A stretch of DNA of 57,172 bases, the filler included, from Sanchytrium tribonematis (taxonomy: Eukaryota): the NCBI GenBank assembly GCA_018985235.1. It is 4 parts of 4 records of this genome, joined end to end, with 100 filler letters (N's around TTAATTAATTAA, not from the genome) between each part and the next. Parts side by side here need not be neighbours in the genome. Positions count along the whole stretch, not along the records: positions 43,035 to 57,172 come from JADGIG010000174.1; 3 more parts are not named here. One strand, given 5' to 3'. A model generated the notes under the pieces. The model was not told where the DNA came from, did no database searches, and worked only from the letters and a program-made list of their open reading frames with translations. The translations under genes and the position numbers were made by a program. Each line of letters opens with the position of its first letter. Position 1 is the stretch's first letter. Below, piece by piece: positions 43,977 through 54,888 of the stretch.

Positions 43977-46617
43977 ATGCTGAGATTAGTGCGCAGTCTT
44001 CACTTTGGATTAAGATCTGAGACCAAAACATATTGGGAGAGAAGAGTTGCTTTGACACCTGATGCTTGCAAGCAATTAATAGAAAATGGCCACATTATTA
44101 GTGTGGAAGGGTCACAAACAAGAGTCTTTCCAAATGAAGCATATTCTAAAATAGGTGCTAAAATTACGGACAATTTGCAAGATTGCGATGTTATAATTGG
44201 AATTAAAGAGGTCCCACTGCATGAGATTATTCCAGATAAGCATTATTTTATTTTTAGTCATACTCACAAAGCACAAGAATATAATATGCCAATGCTGAGA
44301 ACTTTTATGCATCGCAATTGCACTCTAACTGATTATGAATTATTGACGCAGGTAACTGGAAAAGATCAAGGGAAAAGGTTGGTTCAATTTGGGTTATTTG
44401 CTGGGTATGCAGGAGCTATAAATAGTTTACAAACTTTAGGGAAGAGACTTCTTGGTCTCGGGTTTTGGACCCCTTTTATGTGGTTGAGTCAAGCCCATCA
44501 GTATTCCCGCTTAGAGAACATTAGATTAGATATTGAAAGAGTGGGCGATTATATTAAAACTCATGGACTTCCAAAAGAATTACTTCCTTTTAATGTTATA
44601 TTTACTGGGAAGGGTAATGTCAGCCATGGTGCAATGTCAATTTTTCAGCATCTTCCACATGTTTTTGTGCTGCCAGAAGAGCTGGAAAATCTACCAAAAG
44701 ACCCACATACCATATATATCTGTACTGTTGATTCAAGCGAATATATTATTCACAAACAAGGAAGCGATTTTGACAAAAGTGACTATTATGAAAATCCTCA
44801 TCATTATAAGTCGATTTTTCACAAGAAGATCGCGCCTCATGCTTCAATGTTGATTACTGGACATTATTGGGACCCCACTTTTCCGAGGTTGATAACCATG
44901 GATCAGGCATTGCAGCTAATGCCTTTTTGGAAACAAAACTTAAAAATGCTAACGCTAGGCGATATCACATGTGACCCTAATGGCTCGATAGAATTTATGC
45001 CCCGGGCTTGCACAATCGACGACCCTTACTTTATTTTTGATATTGAAAGAAAAATTGAACATAAAGAACTTAATAGTGAAGGAGTAGCAATCATGAGCGT
45101 TGATATTTTGCCTTCAGAAATTCCTAAAGAATCTAGCGAATATTTCAGCTCAAAATTACTTCCATTTCTTCAAGACCTAAAGAAGCATAAAAGTATTATT
45201 GACAACGCAACTATAGTTAAAGCAGGAAAGGTCGCTCCAGAATATGACTATTTGAATGAAAAGGTTCATTCACAAGGTAAAAACAAGAATGTCGCTGTCT
45301 TCGGAAGTGGGATGGTCGTTCAGCCTCTTGTGGAATACTTGTTGAGAGATTCTAAAAATTTGATCACACTAGCCACGAATCAAGTTAAGGAAGCAAACAT
45401 CGTGAAGTTAAATATAAAAAAATATGATTTAAAATTAGGAGATAGAATAACAATAATGAACGTCGATGTTAAAAATGACAAGTTGGTGGACAAAGTCATT
45501 TCTGAGAGCGATATTGCTGTGAGTCTCGTTCCTGCAGTATTTCATGTTGCAATTGCCAAGTCATGCCTACGTCAGAGGAAAAATTTGGTCACGGCCAGTT
45601 ACATTTCTGAAGAAATGCAGAAACTTGACGCCGAGGCAAAGTCAAAAAATTTGGTATTTCTCAATGAAATGGGATTGGATCCTGGAATAGATTTGACTTC
45701 ATCCAAACAGTTTATAGATGACGTCTTAACAATGGGTGGGAAAATCAGACATTTTGAGAGTTGGTGTGGTGGGCTACCTGCCCCTGAATTTAGCAATATA
45801 CCTTTAGGATATAAGTTTAGTTGGAGTCCTAAAGCTGTTTTAACAGCAAGTAAAAATTCAGCATTATACAAATATAATGGCGAGACTAGAAAAATATCAA
45901 GTGATAATCTTTTAAAAAACCCTTTCAAAGTGAATATTTTCAAAGGCTTTTCATTTGAGGGAATTCCAAATCGCGATTCCCTGAAATATGCAAAACCTTA
46001 TGGTCTTGACCTGGACACATTGAGTACCATGTTTCGTGGAACGCTGAGGTACGCTGGGTTCTGCAATTCTTTAGCAGCATTTAGAGATCTTGGCCTCCTG
46101 GATGACGTAAATCTACAGAGGCATGATTCATTTTATAGCATAATGTCGGCAAAAGTAGGAGATGTTGAATCGTTTGTTGTCAAAAATTATGGGGAATCAG
46201 TATTGACTGACATGGAAGAGTATTTCAAATTGATTTAGAATAGGGCTTCTATCAAAAACTTCACTGAACCTCGATGGCAGTAGGATCGATATGTTAGCTG
46301 ACTTTTTGTTCCAAAAGCTATCTTACAAAAAAGGTGAGAGAGATATGGTTGCCATGCATCACATTTATCATGTAGATTGGCCATCCAAAAAGTCAGAAGT
46401 CGTCCATTCAAGTTATATTCGATATGGCGACAACAAAGCGTCCGCAATGGCATATACAGTTGGAATCCCGTGCGGTATTGCTACCCAACTAATATTAGAT
46501 CGCAAAATTAATACCAGTGGTGTTGTGGCCCCACTTTCTAAAGAAATTTACGAACCTGTTAACAATGAGCTATATAGAGAAAATATCAGGTTTAGTGAAA
46601 GAATTATTCAAAGTTGA
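43977..46617 (+). CDS. AASS: Bifunctional lysine-ketoglutarate reductase / saccharopine dehydrogenase (one intron)
   Basis: WERRVALTP, FSHTHKAQ, DITCDPNGSIEF, VTASY, NEMGLDPGID, YKFSWSP, RGTLRY; last exon SAMAYTVGIP. Confidence 0.95.
46220..46238 (+). other. 19-nt spliceosomal intron
   Basis: GTATTTCAAATTGATTTAG; joins the two AASS track ORFs. Confidence 0.93.
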
Positions 46618-46626
46618 TCAATAAAT

Positions 46627-47613
46627 TTATTTTTTGACAGCGGATGCCTTTCTGATTTTCTCTAGCTCGGAATACATTTCCGATTTCAATGAAAGCAGCT
46701 GATCATCAACATACCATTGCAAATCCTCCAAATTTGCAATCACATGTCCACCAGTCTGGCAAGCAATTTCCTTCTTCTCTATAATTGTCGACTTTTTGTG
46801 TTCAGCTGTCACTTTAATATCAACGACAGATTCTTTTCTGGATACACTTTCTTTTTCTTTTAAAGGAAAATCTTCATTCTTTACATATTTAGCTGAATCA
46901 TCCTTTCGTTGGATGGTTGTGGCTGTAGCTTGGGGAGTTTGGATGGATGGTGGCAATTTCTTGATCGTAGCTGACTTGTCTGATGGCGAATATGCTACAC
47001 TTGTCACATATGTTGATGTTGACTGTTGATTTTTTTTCATCGTACCAGTTTTGTTTTGTTCTAGATAACTGATGCTAGATTTGTGAGCAAGGCCTACTGG
47101 GTCTTCCTCCCTATCAACAGTTTTTGGCTGAGTTGATTTTAAAATGACAGTACCATTTTTGGGCAACGCAACCCCACCTGTGGGGATTTTGTTTGGTTTA
47201 GATTTAGCCGAAACAAAATTGGAAGGAACTAATCCGACTTTGTACATATTGTACTTGAGCCCTTGCTCTTGGACTAGAAGCTCCACGCTTCCAGTGAATG
47301 ATTCAATCATGGCCAAATACCATCCATCAATACTTGTATTTTTGTCCAAAACAATAACCGGATCACCTTCTTTTAATGAAAGCTCGTCGTCATTTTCTGC
47401 AGTATATTCATAGTCACATTGATAATGATAGTGCTCAACCCGCTTAAGAAAATTTAAAGGTACCCATCCAATTTGTTGTTTATTCAAATTGTACATGATC
47501 CACCAGTCTGCACTTTCAGCTTGTAGTACAGTTAAAAATTGGTTTTTTACAAGTGACAATTCGTCAGACTTCGCTGGAGTATAATCGAATTCTACTTTAT
47601 ATACTTCTAGCAT
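46627..47613 (-). CDS. Tandem SH3 adaptor with C-terminal coiled coil
   Basis: FDY..DELSL..DWW..GWVPLNFL and YEY..DELSL..GWY..GLVPSNFV. Start 47613 favoured by upstream AGCCAC; 47637 is the alternative. Confidence 0.85.
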   Translation of the reverse strand: MLEVYKVEFDYTPAKSDELSLVKNQFLTVLQAESADWWIMYNLNKQQIGWVPLNFLKRVEHYHYQCDYEYTAENDDELSLKEGDPVIVLDKNTSIDGWYLAMIESFTGSVELLVQEQGLKYNMYKVGLVPSNFVSAKSKPNKIPTGGVALPKNGTVILKSTQPKTVDREEDPVGLAHKSSISYLEQNKTGTMKKNQQSTSTYVTSVAYSPSDKSATIKKLPPSIQTPQATATTIQRKDDSAKYVKNEDFPLKEKESVSRKESVVDIKVTAEHKKSTIIEKKEIACQTGGHVIANLEDLQWYVDDQLLSLKSEMYSELEKIRKASAVKK

Positions 47614-47700
47614 CAAAAGTAAAAGTGGCTCGAACATAAAACGCGAAATTCATTGCAAAAACCAAATCAAGAAGATAGAGATGCAAGACAATTTTACTTA

Positions 47701-48469
47701 TTATTCATCATTTGATATTCCCCATTTTGGGTTCAAAATATCATGAAGTATATTTTTATCGTAAAAATGTAGAACGCAAGCAATCTTGATAGTGAAAGTC
47801 AGATTGTAGGCAGCATAATATAAATTAACGTCCTATGTTAAAGAAAATTACAAGCTGGCTAAGGACTGCCAAAAAGACATCCAAAGAAATAAGCAAGCAC
47901 ACAATGGCAATCACTTTGGCTAAAATTCTCGCTTTTTTAACAGTCAAGTATCGGGACATTTTTGCAAGTAGCATATAATATATGGCAAAACTACAGATAA
48001 CGAATACTATCTGATCAATAATAATTGTCACAAAGCTGAAGGTATTAACTGACTCATTATCTGTTATCCAAGCGCTCAAAACATAGCTAATGTCATCAGG
48101 AATCAAAAGCAGAACGATTGCAACAGGAATGGCTTTTGCGTATTTGTTAAGAACTGGTAGCTTTTCTAGTGTCACAATTCTGTATGTGTAAGCGCAATAC
48201 GTGAATATAACCATAAAAGGATAAAGACATGCATCAACACTTGTATATGTCGCACCGTTTTCAACATCCCAGTATCCACCTGTAAATGTCACTATCGTTG
48301 ATAAAATTTGAAATAACAGGGACAGTAGAATCAACAAAAAGCCTTTTGTTTTTTCTTTTCTAAAAACACGAAAAGATTGTAAAATAGAGACAGCAATAAG
48401 TGCCACGTTAACCCCGAGGCAGACATAGGATACAGATTCGTACTTCTCTAGCAAAATTACATCTGCCAT
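47701..48469 (-). CDS. 7TM receptor-like membrane protein, paralog A (one intron)
   Basis: Seven hydrophobic segments after splicing; ends AAYNLTFTIKIACVLHFYDKNILHDILNPKWG. Confidence 0.75.
47833..47851 (-). other. 19-nt spliceosomal intron
   Basis: GTAATTTTCTTTAACATAG; removal restores colinearity with paralog B. Confidence 0.93.
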
Positions 48470-48538
48470 TATTAATTCTAAAGTGGCTTGATTTTGAATA
48501 TTGCATGTCAAAATACAATACTAGAAATTGGAGATTTA

Positions 48539-49289
48539 TTATTGGTCCTCTAAGCCCCATTTCGGATTCAAAATGTCATTCATCCAAATCTTTTCTAAGT
48601 CAATAAAAAGTACCATCATAAAAATGCAACACACAAGCCATCTTTATCGTAAAATTGAGATTATATGCTGCATTGTACATGTCCACATTGATTTGACTGA
48701 ACACGGCCAATATAATATCTAATGTAAAAAGCAACAAAACCACAGAAATCACTTTCGATATTATCTTAATTTTACGCACAGTCAAGAATCGGGACATTTT
48801 TGAAAGTAACATCGAATACATGGCAATATTGCATATTATATATATTACCTGGTCAATTATCATCATGGTTTCTATAAAAAGTTGGTCATCCTGCCAAGCA
48901 CTCAAAATGTAACTTGCGTCATCTGGAATCATGAGAATGATAATTCCAATTGGTATACATTTTGCAAATCGATTTAGATGAGGTAACTTTTCTAAAGTAA
49001 TCACTCTTTCACTGTACGCGAAAAATGTTAGAATTACCATCATTGGATATAAACATCCATCTGTTGTAGTGTAATAAGCACCATTATCGACATCCCAGTA
49101 TCCTCCGATAAACGTTATCACTGTCGAACATATTTGAAATAATAGAGCCGTTAAGCAGAACCAAAATGCTCTATTCTTTGTTTTAAAGACTCTGAAGCAT
49201 TGTAATAATGAAATTATAGTCAAGCAAACATCAGTGCCAAAGCAAGCGTATGATATAGACTCGTACTTCTCTAATTGAATTGTTGACAT
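48539..49289 (-). CDS. 7TM receptor-like membrane protein, paralog B (one intron)
   Basis: Shares LEKYES, GGYWDV.NGA, CLYP, IPDD.SY.LSAW, KMSR.LTV with A; spliced end DILNPKWGLEDQ*. Confidence 0.75.
48595..48613 (-). other. 19-nt spliceosomal intron
   Basis: GTACTTTTTATTGACTTAG; removal restores DILNPKWG shared with paralog A. Confidence 0.93.
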
Positions 49290-49459
49290 AACAAAGTGGC
49301 TCGTGGAAACTTGTCAAAAAACATACATTAGAGCACATGCGCGGCGAAATAGGAAATTTGAAATTACATCAATAAATTTAGATCTGACTTAACTCATATT
49401 TCAAATAAAGTTTAGGCGGTTTAAATTGAAAAGATTTTTGAAACATAGGGCCTGAAATA

Positions 49460-51359
49460 ATGTTGACTTATGAATATGATGAAAACTTACTATTCTTCCC
49501 ATCTTTTGTATTTACGGTATCATTCATTTTATCTCTAGTATTTTTGGCAAGAAGAAACTATAGTGGATTTATAGCATCATTTGGATTAGCATCGGCAGTG
49601 GCTGGCTATATTGTCACCAAGGAAAGACCCACACTTAAACTTAATTTTAATCCTTTTGAAATTCTAGAAATGCCTACGGAATCTGCATTTTTCAATGATA
49701 TAAGCGAACAAGACATCAAGAGAGCATATCGAAAATTATCATTGAAGTGGCATCCTGATAGAATGCAATTTAATGAGGGCTCAAATATGACTGCAGAAGA
49801 AGCACATGACAAATTCACACAGATTAATTTGGCAAAACAGACTTTGTTAGATCCTACTATGCGAGAAAATTGGCAAGAGTGTGGTGACCCAAACGGTTGT
49901 TCTGTAGGATTCGCATCTAGTATGGGCCTAGCTTTGCCTTTATGGATGATTACAACTTGGTCCCCATATGTTGTTCTAGTGTATATGCTAGCATTTGGAA
50001 TTGGTACTCCTTTTCTATTGGCCAGATGGTGGTATTCGACAACTCTGCATACTAGAGATGGTGTACATACTGCAGTCGCAAAACAGGTTTTTAAGGGCTT
50101 TTCTGAAGAAATTTCTTTTCATCAAATTATCCATTTGATATGTTCTGCAGTAATCCAAGATCCAGAATTAGTTAAGTGTGTTTCATCAGTTCCAAAAACA
50201 GACTACAAAATCTTAGAGCAGCAAGTAACGGAACAATTAGAGATTCGTGGTCATAAAATTCAAATTCCTGACGGCCTCTCAGACAATTCTATTGAATATT
50301 TATTGTATTTGTTATTTCACGCTCAACTTTTAAGAGTTAATATAAAATGCATTTCCCTTCCGCTGGAGGACTTTAACAAGGTTTGTGTGCAATTTTATAC
50401 AGTTGCTGCAAAAACATTGCTTAAAATTGCTCTTGCTCGACAATGGCTTAGCAACGTCATAGCTTGTTTGGATCTCTCGCAATTGATTGTTCAAGCAAAT
50501 TGGGCCAACGATTCCTCATTATTTCAATTGCCATACATGTCTCACTCAACTCTGAAAACATTAAAAAATAGAAGGAAATCGGTGAAAACGATCACCCACG
50601 TCGCAGAAACACTAGACATTAGAGGACTTTTCAGCATGTTGAATGACGTCGAATATGGCAATATAATGAAGATGCTTGATCAATACCCACGTTTGGTGTT
50701 GGAAGGAGCAGATTTCAGAGTTAAAGGGGAAAAAGTTATTACACCAAGCGCATTAGTTACTTGTACCATTAAAATCAGAAGCGTATCGGTATTGAAAACC
50801 AAGGAGCAATTAAAGCAAGAGTTTGAAGATTATAAAAAGAACAATCCAGATAAGGAAAATATTGAGGATGAGGATGATTTCACGTTAGATGAAGATAATG
50901 AAGATGGCAAACTTATCAATCTGGACGACCCAGAAGACGCTCCAGTTGCACATGCTCCATTCTTTCCAAAGGTATATTTCATTAATTTAGACAAAGCATA
51001 TACATTGGTGGTTGTTTATTGGGTCTCCTTTTTCAAATAGAATCATTTCAGCAAAACGTATCCCTGGTATAAAAGATAGAAAAACTTTATCTATCCAATT
51101 CGCAGCACCTCCTCAAGTTGGTCAGTATCCATTTAGTGTGTTTTTAAAGTCTGATTCATATTTGGGCTCAGATATGAGAATGGACGTTCAAATGAAAGTC
51201 GAACAGGGTGAACCAATGAAGCAGATAGAGGATGATATCAGTGAACCAGACGAGGACACTACAGCAGGACAAATACAAATGATGAAAAGAGGAAGAATGG
51301 CTATGGCGCACGATAATGAGAATGCAGAGGAAGCGTCGGATACTAGTGAAGAGGAATAA
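49460..51359 (+). CDS. SEC63: ER translocon J-domain subunit Sec63 (one intron)
   Basis: YEYDE N-terminus, FNPFEIL, KWHPDR, GLALP; spliced HAPFFPKTKHIHWW, KSDSYLG, DDISEPDEDTTAGQ. Confidence 0.95.
50972..50990 (+). other. 19-nt spliceosomal intron
   Basis: GTATATTTCATTAATTTAG; joins the two Sec63 track ORFs. Confidence 0.94.
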
Positions 51360-51364
51360 ATGAT

Positions 51365-52726
51365 TTATTGCATTGATAATTGCTCTAATTCTAGGGCCAA
51401 TTCATTCTGGCGAGAAATTTTGTTTGATTGTTGTTCATCCAGAACCAAACCTTCCTTTTGCTTATTCTTCAGACTCTCTATCTCTTTCAATTTTTTCTTG
51501 ATAGCTTTAATTTTTTTAGAATTTATATTCGATTCAACTGGGTTTGCGCCTACTACATTTGAACCACCTCGCTTACTAGGCGGGATATATTTCTTACCAT
51601 TAGGAGCCTTTTCGACAATGGCTCCTTGGGGTGGGTCTTTCAATACAAAAGTATCTGCAACATCAGGATTTAAATCTTCAAATACTGCAAAAAGCCTCTC
51701 TTTCGCAAAAAAATTGATTTTACAGCCACTTGGATGCCACAAAGTAATACCATTATCGACTTTTAATCGTCTATAAAAAGTAGCGGTGATAATCTGTTGA
51801 TTGTCAGAAGTGAAATACAACTCACTTGTCAATGAGGCCCTAAATGATCCGGTCATTGTATAACCCTCAGTGGAATACACTTCGGTATCTCCAGGCATAT
51901 TTCCGAATCCTGAAATGACCAATAACTTGCCATTGTGCGAAAATTTACAGTAGTTTTTGTGATCTGCTTTAAATGATTTAACCACATCACACTTAGTGTT
52001 AAAAATATCAATGGATGCTGGCATGTAACCATAAATAACACAAAATTCTATTCGAATAGGATTCCATGCGACGTGGTGAATTGGACCTTCTTTAGCTAAT
52101 GGTATTCTAGCAGTGTAACCATTAACATTAAGCAGATATAAAAAGGAATTTCCATAATAACCCCCGCCGGACTCGTTTATAGCCTGTACAATACAATAGT
52201 CCTTACACCAATAAAATTCAATATATTGCACTGACATCAATGTTGCTGATGACACAAAAGACTTTATATCAGATACATGACATAGTTTTGCGAAAGAAGG
52301 GCCGTTTTTTTTCTTTAAAAATAGGCAGAGGTACGATTCGTCTGGTGACAACGAAATCCGATTTAATCCATGAAGTGTAACTGAATTTTTGGAACCGTTA
52401 GAATAGCATGTTAGAGTATGATTGTGAAGGTGAAAGATACAATCTTTAGAAACTTCGATCTGGTCAGCCCGTTTGCCATTGATCTCCAGATGCAATTCAT
52501 TATTTTTCAATATGACTATTGATTTGAGCGTGTCAATTACAGTATACTTGTATTTTGTAAACCTTACGTCTCCCTCGCAATCTACCTTGTTATTTTGAAT
52601 CGAAATATTTCTATCATTTGAGGTCGCTATCAAATCGTGTATATGACAAATTTCTGCAGGACCCTGGACTGATTTCAATGTGCCATCTTTAAATTGTTCA
52701 ATTCCTTCTGAGCTGTAAATCCACAT
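51365..52726 (-). CDS. eIF2A: Translation initiation factor eIF2A (beta-propeller)
   Basis: YYGNSFLY, KEGPIHHVAWNP, YGYMPA, GFGNMPG, RLKVDNG, KKIKAIKKKLKEIESLK. Confidence 0.92.
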   Translation of the reverse strand: MWIYSSEGIEQFKDGTLKSVQGPAEICHIHDLIATSNDRNISIQNNKVDCEGDVRFTKYKYTVIDTLKSIVILKNNELHLEINGKRADQIEVSKDCIFHLHNHTLTCYSNGSKNSVTLHGLNRISLSPDESYLCLFLKKKNGPSFAKLCHVSDIKSFVSSATLMSVQYIEFYWCKDYCIVQAINESGGGYYGNSFLYLLNVNGYTARIPLAKEGPIHHVAWNPIRIEFCVIYGYMPASIDIFNTKCDVVKSFKADHKNYCKFSHNGKLLVISGFGNMPGDTEVYSTEGYTMTGSFRASLTSELYFTSDNQQIITATFYRRLKVDNGITLWHPSGCKINFFAKERLFAVFEDLNPDVADTFVLKDPPQGAIVEKAPNGKKYIPPSKRGGSNVVGANPVESNINSKKIKAIKKKLKEIESLKNKQKEGLVLDEQQSNKISRQNELALELEQLSMQ

Positions 52727-52774
52727 GATTGCCCAGTTTTAAAGGAGAAATAATTGTGCAAAAATTGAATAAAT

Positions 52775-53395
52775 TTATTGAGTAAGTACAGTTTCACCAG
52801 AGTGTTTGCTTTTCTTTTTCTTCTTTTTCTTCTTTTGCTCGTCATCTGATTTTCTTTTCTTTGACTTGTCGGCATTCTTTTTCTTGGGAGACTTTTCCAA
52901 GTCTACTTTGGGAGAGGCAGAAACCCCTTCGCTAGCAGCTAGTTCTTCAATTGCATCAGGATGAGGTACTGAGCCAACTTCAATATCGGATTCAGCAGAT
53001 AGAGGCGGTGTTTCTTTAGATTTGCTATATTTTTCCATAGCTGACTTGTAATTAGAGACGAGTTGATTATGTTGATCCACATAATCTTGCTTTTCAGCAT
53101 CAGTCATACCTCTCCACACCACACCCAACTGCTTTGCAATTTCAGTCTGATTTGCCTCAGGCATCTCTGCTTTCAAGGTTGGACGCATTTCTTGTGCAAA
53201 TATAAAATATGAAGATAGCGGTTTCTTTGGCATATTGGGATCTGAAGCAGGTTTTTTCGCCTTCTTTTTGACAATTTTTGTAGTTTCACCAGTCTCTAAG
53301 ATGTCTCCGAGCGCCAAAAGTTGTTCTGATAGATCAGCTACACTTTTCGCAATGTTTGCGAAAGTTTTCTTGAGTAGAGATACAGATTCTGTCAT
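52775..53395 (-). CDS. HMG-box protein with Lys-rich tail (Hmo1/Nhp6-like)
   Basis: DPNMPKKPLSSYFIF...EIAKQLGVVWRGMTDAEKQDY. Confidence 0.9.
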   Translation of the reverse strand: MTESVSLLKKTFANIAKSVADLSEQLLALGDILETGETTKIVKKKAKKPASDPNMPKKPLSSYFIFAQEMRPTLKAEMPEANQTEIAKQLGVVWRGMTDAEKQDYVDQHNQLVSNYKSAMEKYSKSKETPPLSAESDIEVGSVPHPDAIEELAASEGVSASPKVDLEKSPKKKNADKSKKRKSDDEQKKKKKKKKSKHSGETVLTQ

Positions 53396-53546
53396 CAAGG
53401 AGGTAAAGGGGAATCATTTTATATTCAAAGGAACACAAGAAATTTGTATTTTCCTTCAAAAAATTTCCTGCGGAAAATGGTAGAAGTTTGTTTCGTAATT
53501 ATTTTGATGCTTTTCTTTTATAAATTATTTATTGTTTCGAACTTAA

Positions 53547-54743
53547 ATGTATGGCAATAGGAGGTTGTGTTACACAAATTGTATGAATTGGTCTCCCTCA
53601 GCGAAAAAATTTTACGTTGATGTCATGAATTTGGTGCCTGCAGACCTGAAAGAGACTGCAGGTGACTATCTTATACAGTATATAAAATTAAAAGGGTTCT
53701 CTCGGCAGTACTCAAAGGAAAACATTGATCAGCATTTAGCAAAAATAAAACTGGCAAAATTCAAATTGTCAATTCAAAACTCCAATTCCTCGAAGTCAAC
53801 AATTGAAGCAAATAAACCAAAAAAAATTTCGAAGTTGGAAGAACGTAAGCGCCGGTTTGCGAGTGATCCAAACACGAACACCAGTTTAATTGAGATTTCC
53901 AATAATCCTATTATTGGAAAAAATCTTAATTTAGAAAAAAGCTACTTAAGACTAACTGGTCCTCCGAATCCCAATTTGACACGACCACTTTATATTCTAA
54001 AGCAAACTCTGCTGTTACTTAGAAATAAATGGGAATTAAAAAAGGACTATTCATTCATTTGCGATCAATTAAAATCACTCAGACAAGATCTAAGTGTACA
54101 GGGAATCCGAGATGAATTTACTGTTGAGGTGTACGAATGGAATGGTAGAGTTTCTTTAGAAATGTCTGACATTGGAGAATTTAATCAATGCCAGACTCAG
54201 TTGTGGGAATTATACCAACTACCTGAAAATTTGAAATGTGGATTGAGAAAAGATGAGTACAAGGCCTACAGAATACTCTATTTAATTTTCACTAGAAGAA
54301 AATCAGAGCTTAATAACTTATTGAAGCAATGTCTATCATTGGGTAAAGTTCCCGCATGTATCAAGCATGCGTTTGAGGTGAGAAAAGCAGTCGATATTGG
54401 GGATTGTGTTCGTGTCCTCGAATTATATGACAATGCTCCTTTTCTTGGTGCAAAATTGATGAATTTATTTATCGAAAAAGTAAGGACGGAGACTTTGCGA
54501 TCTCTTTCTAAATCGTTCCGCAAAACAATATCTATGACTTTCCTAGCGTCTCTTCTGGGAATGAAATTTGAAGAAACATTTAATTTTGTAGACACATTAA
54601 TTAAAAATGTATCAGATGATTCTTTGGACAACGTTTTTGACGAAAATGAAGGATTTGCGCTGGTCTGTACAGAATTGTATCCTTATGTTGAGGAAAGGTG
54701 TTCACAGCTTTCGAAGATTGATATCAAAGGACAAATCCATTAG
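53547..54743 (+). CDS. THP3: SAC3/GANP-family protein, Thp3/LENG8-like
   Basis: LEKSYLRLT, ICDQLKSLRQDLSVQ, EFNQCQTQL, terminal DIKGQI. Confidence 0.88.
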   Translation: MYGNRRLCYTNCMNWSPSAKKFYVDVMNLVPADLKETAGDYLIQYIKLKGFSRQYSKENIDQHLAKIKLAKFKLSIQNSNSSKSTIEANKPKKISKLEERKRRFASDPNTNTSLIEISNNPIIGKNLNLEKSYLRLTGPPNPNLTRPLYILKQTLLLLRNKWELKKDYSFICDQLKSLRQDLSVQGIRDEFTVEVYEWNGRVSLEMSDIGEFNQCQTQLWELYQLPENLKCGLRKDEYKAYRILYLIFTRRKSELNNLLKQCLSLGKVPACIKHAFEVRKAVDIGDCVRVLELYDNAPFLGAKLMNLFIEKVRTETLRSLSKSFRKTISMTFLASLLGMKFEETFNFVDTLIKNVSDDSLDNVFDENEGFALVCTELYPYVEERCSQLSKIDIKGQIH

Positions 54744-54888
54744 AAAATTACTGCGATGACAATTTGGCTGTGTATTTGATTGATTTTATAGATTAAAAAC
54801 TTTATATTTAATAAAATCAAATATTACGTTTTAACCAATCATGTGATTGAAACCACATTTAAATTTGACATTTGACTTTCCAATTGCA

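Noticed and set aside
3893..51040. Split genes as pseudogenes, sequencing errors or programmed frameshifts
   Set aside because: Each break contains a 19-20 nt GT...AG segment with a shared consensus whose exact removal restores conserved sequence.
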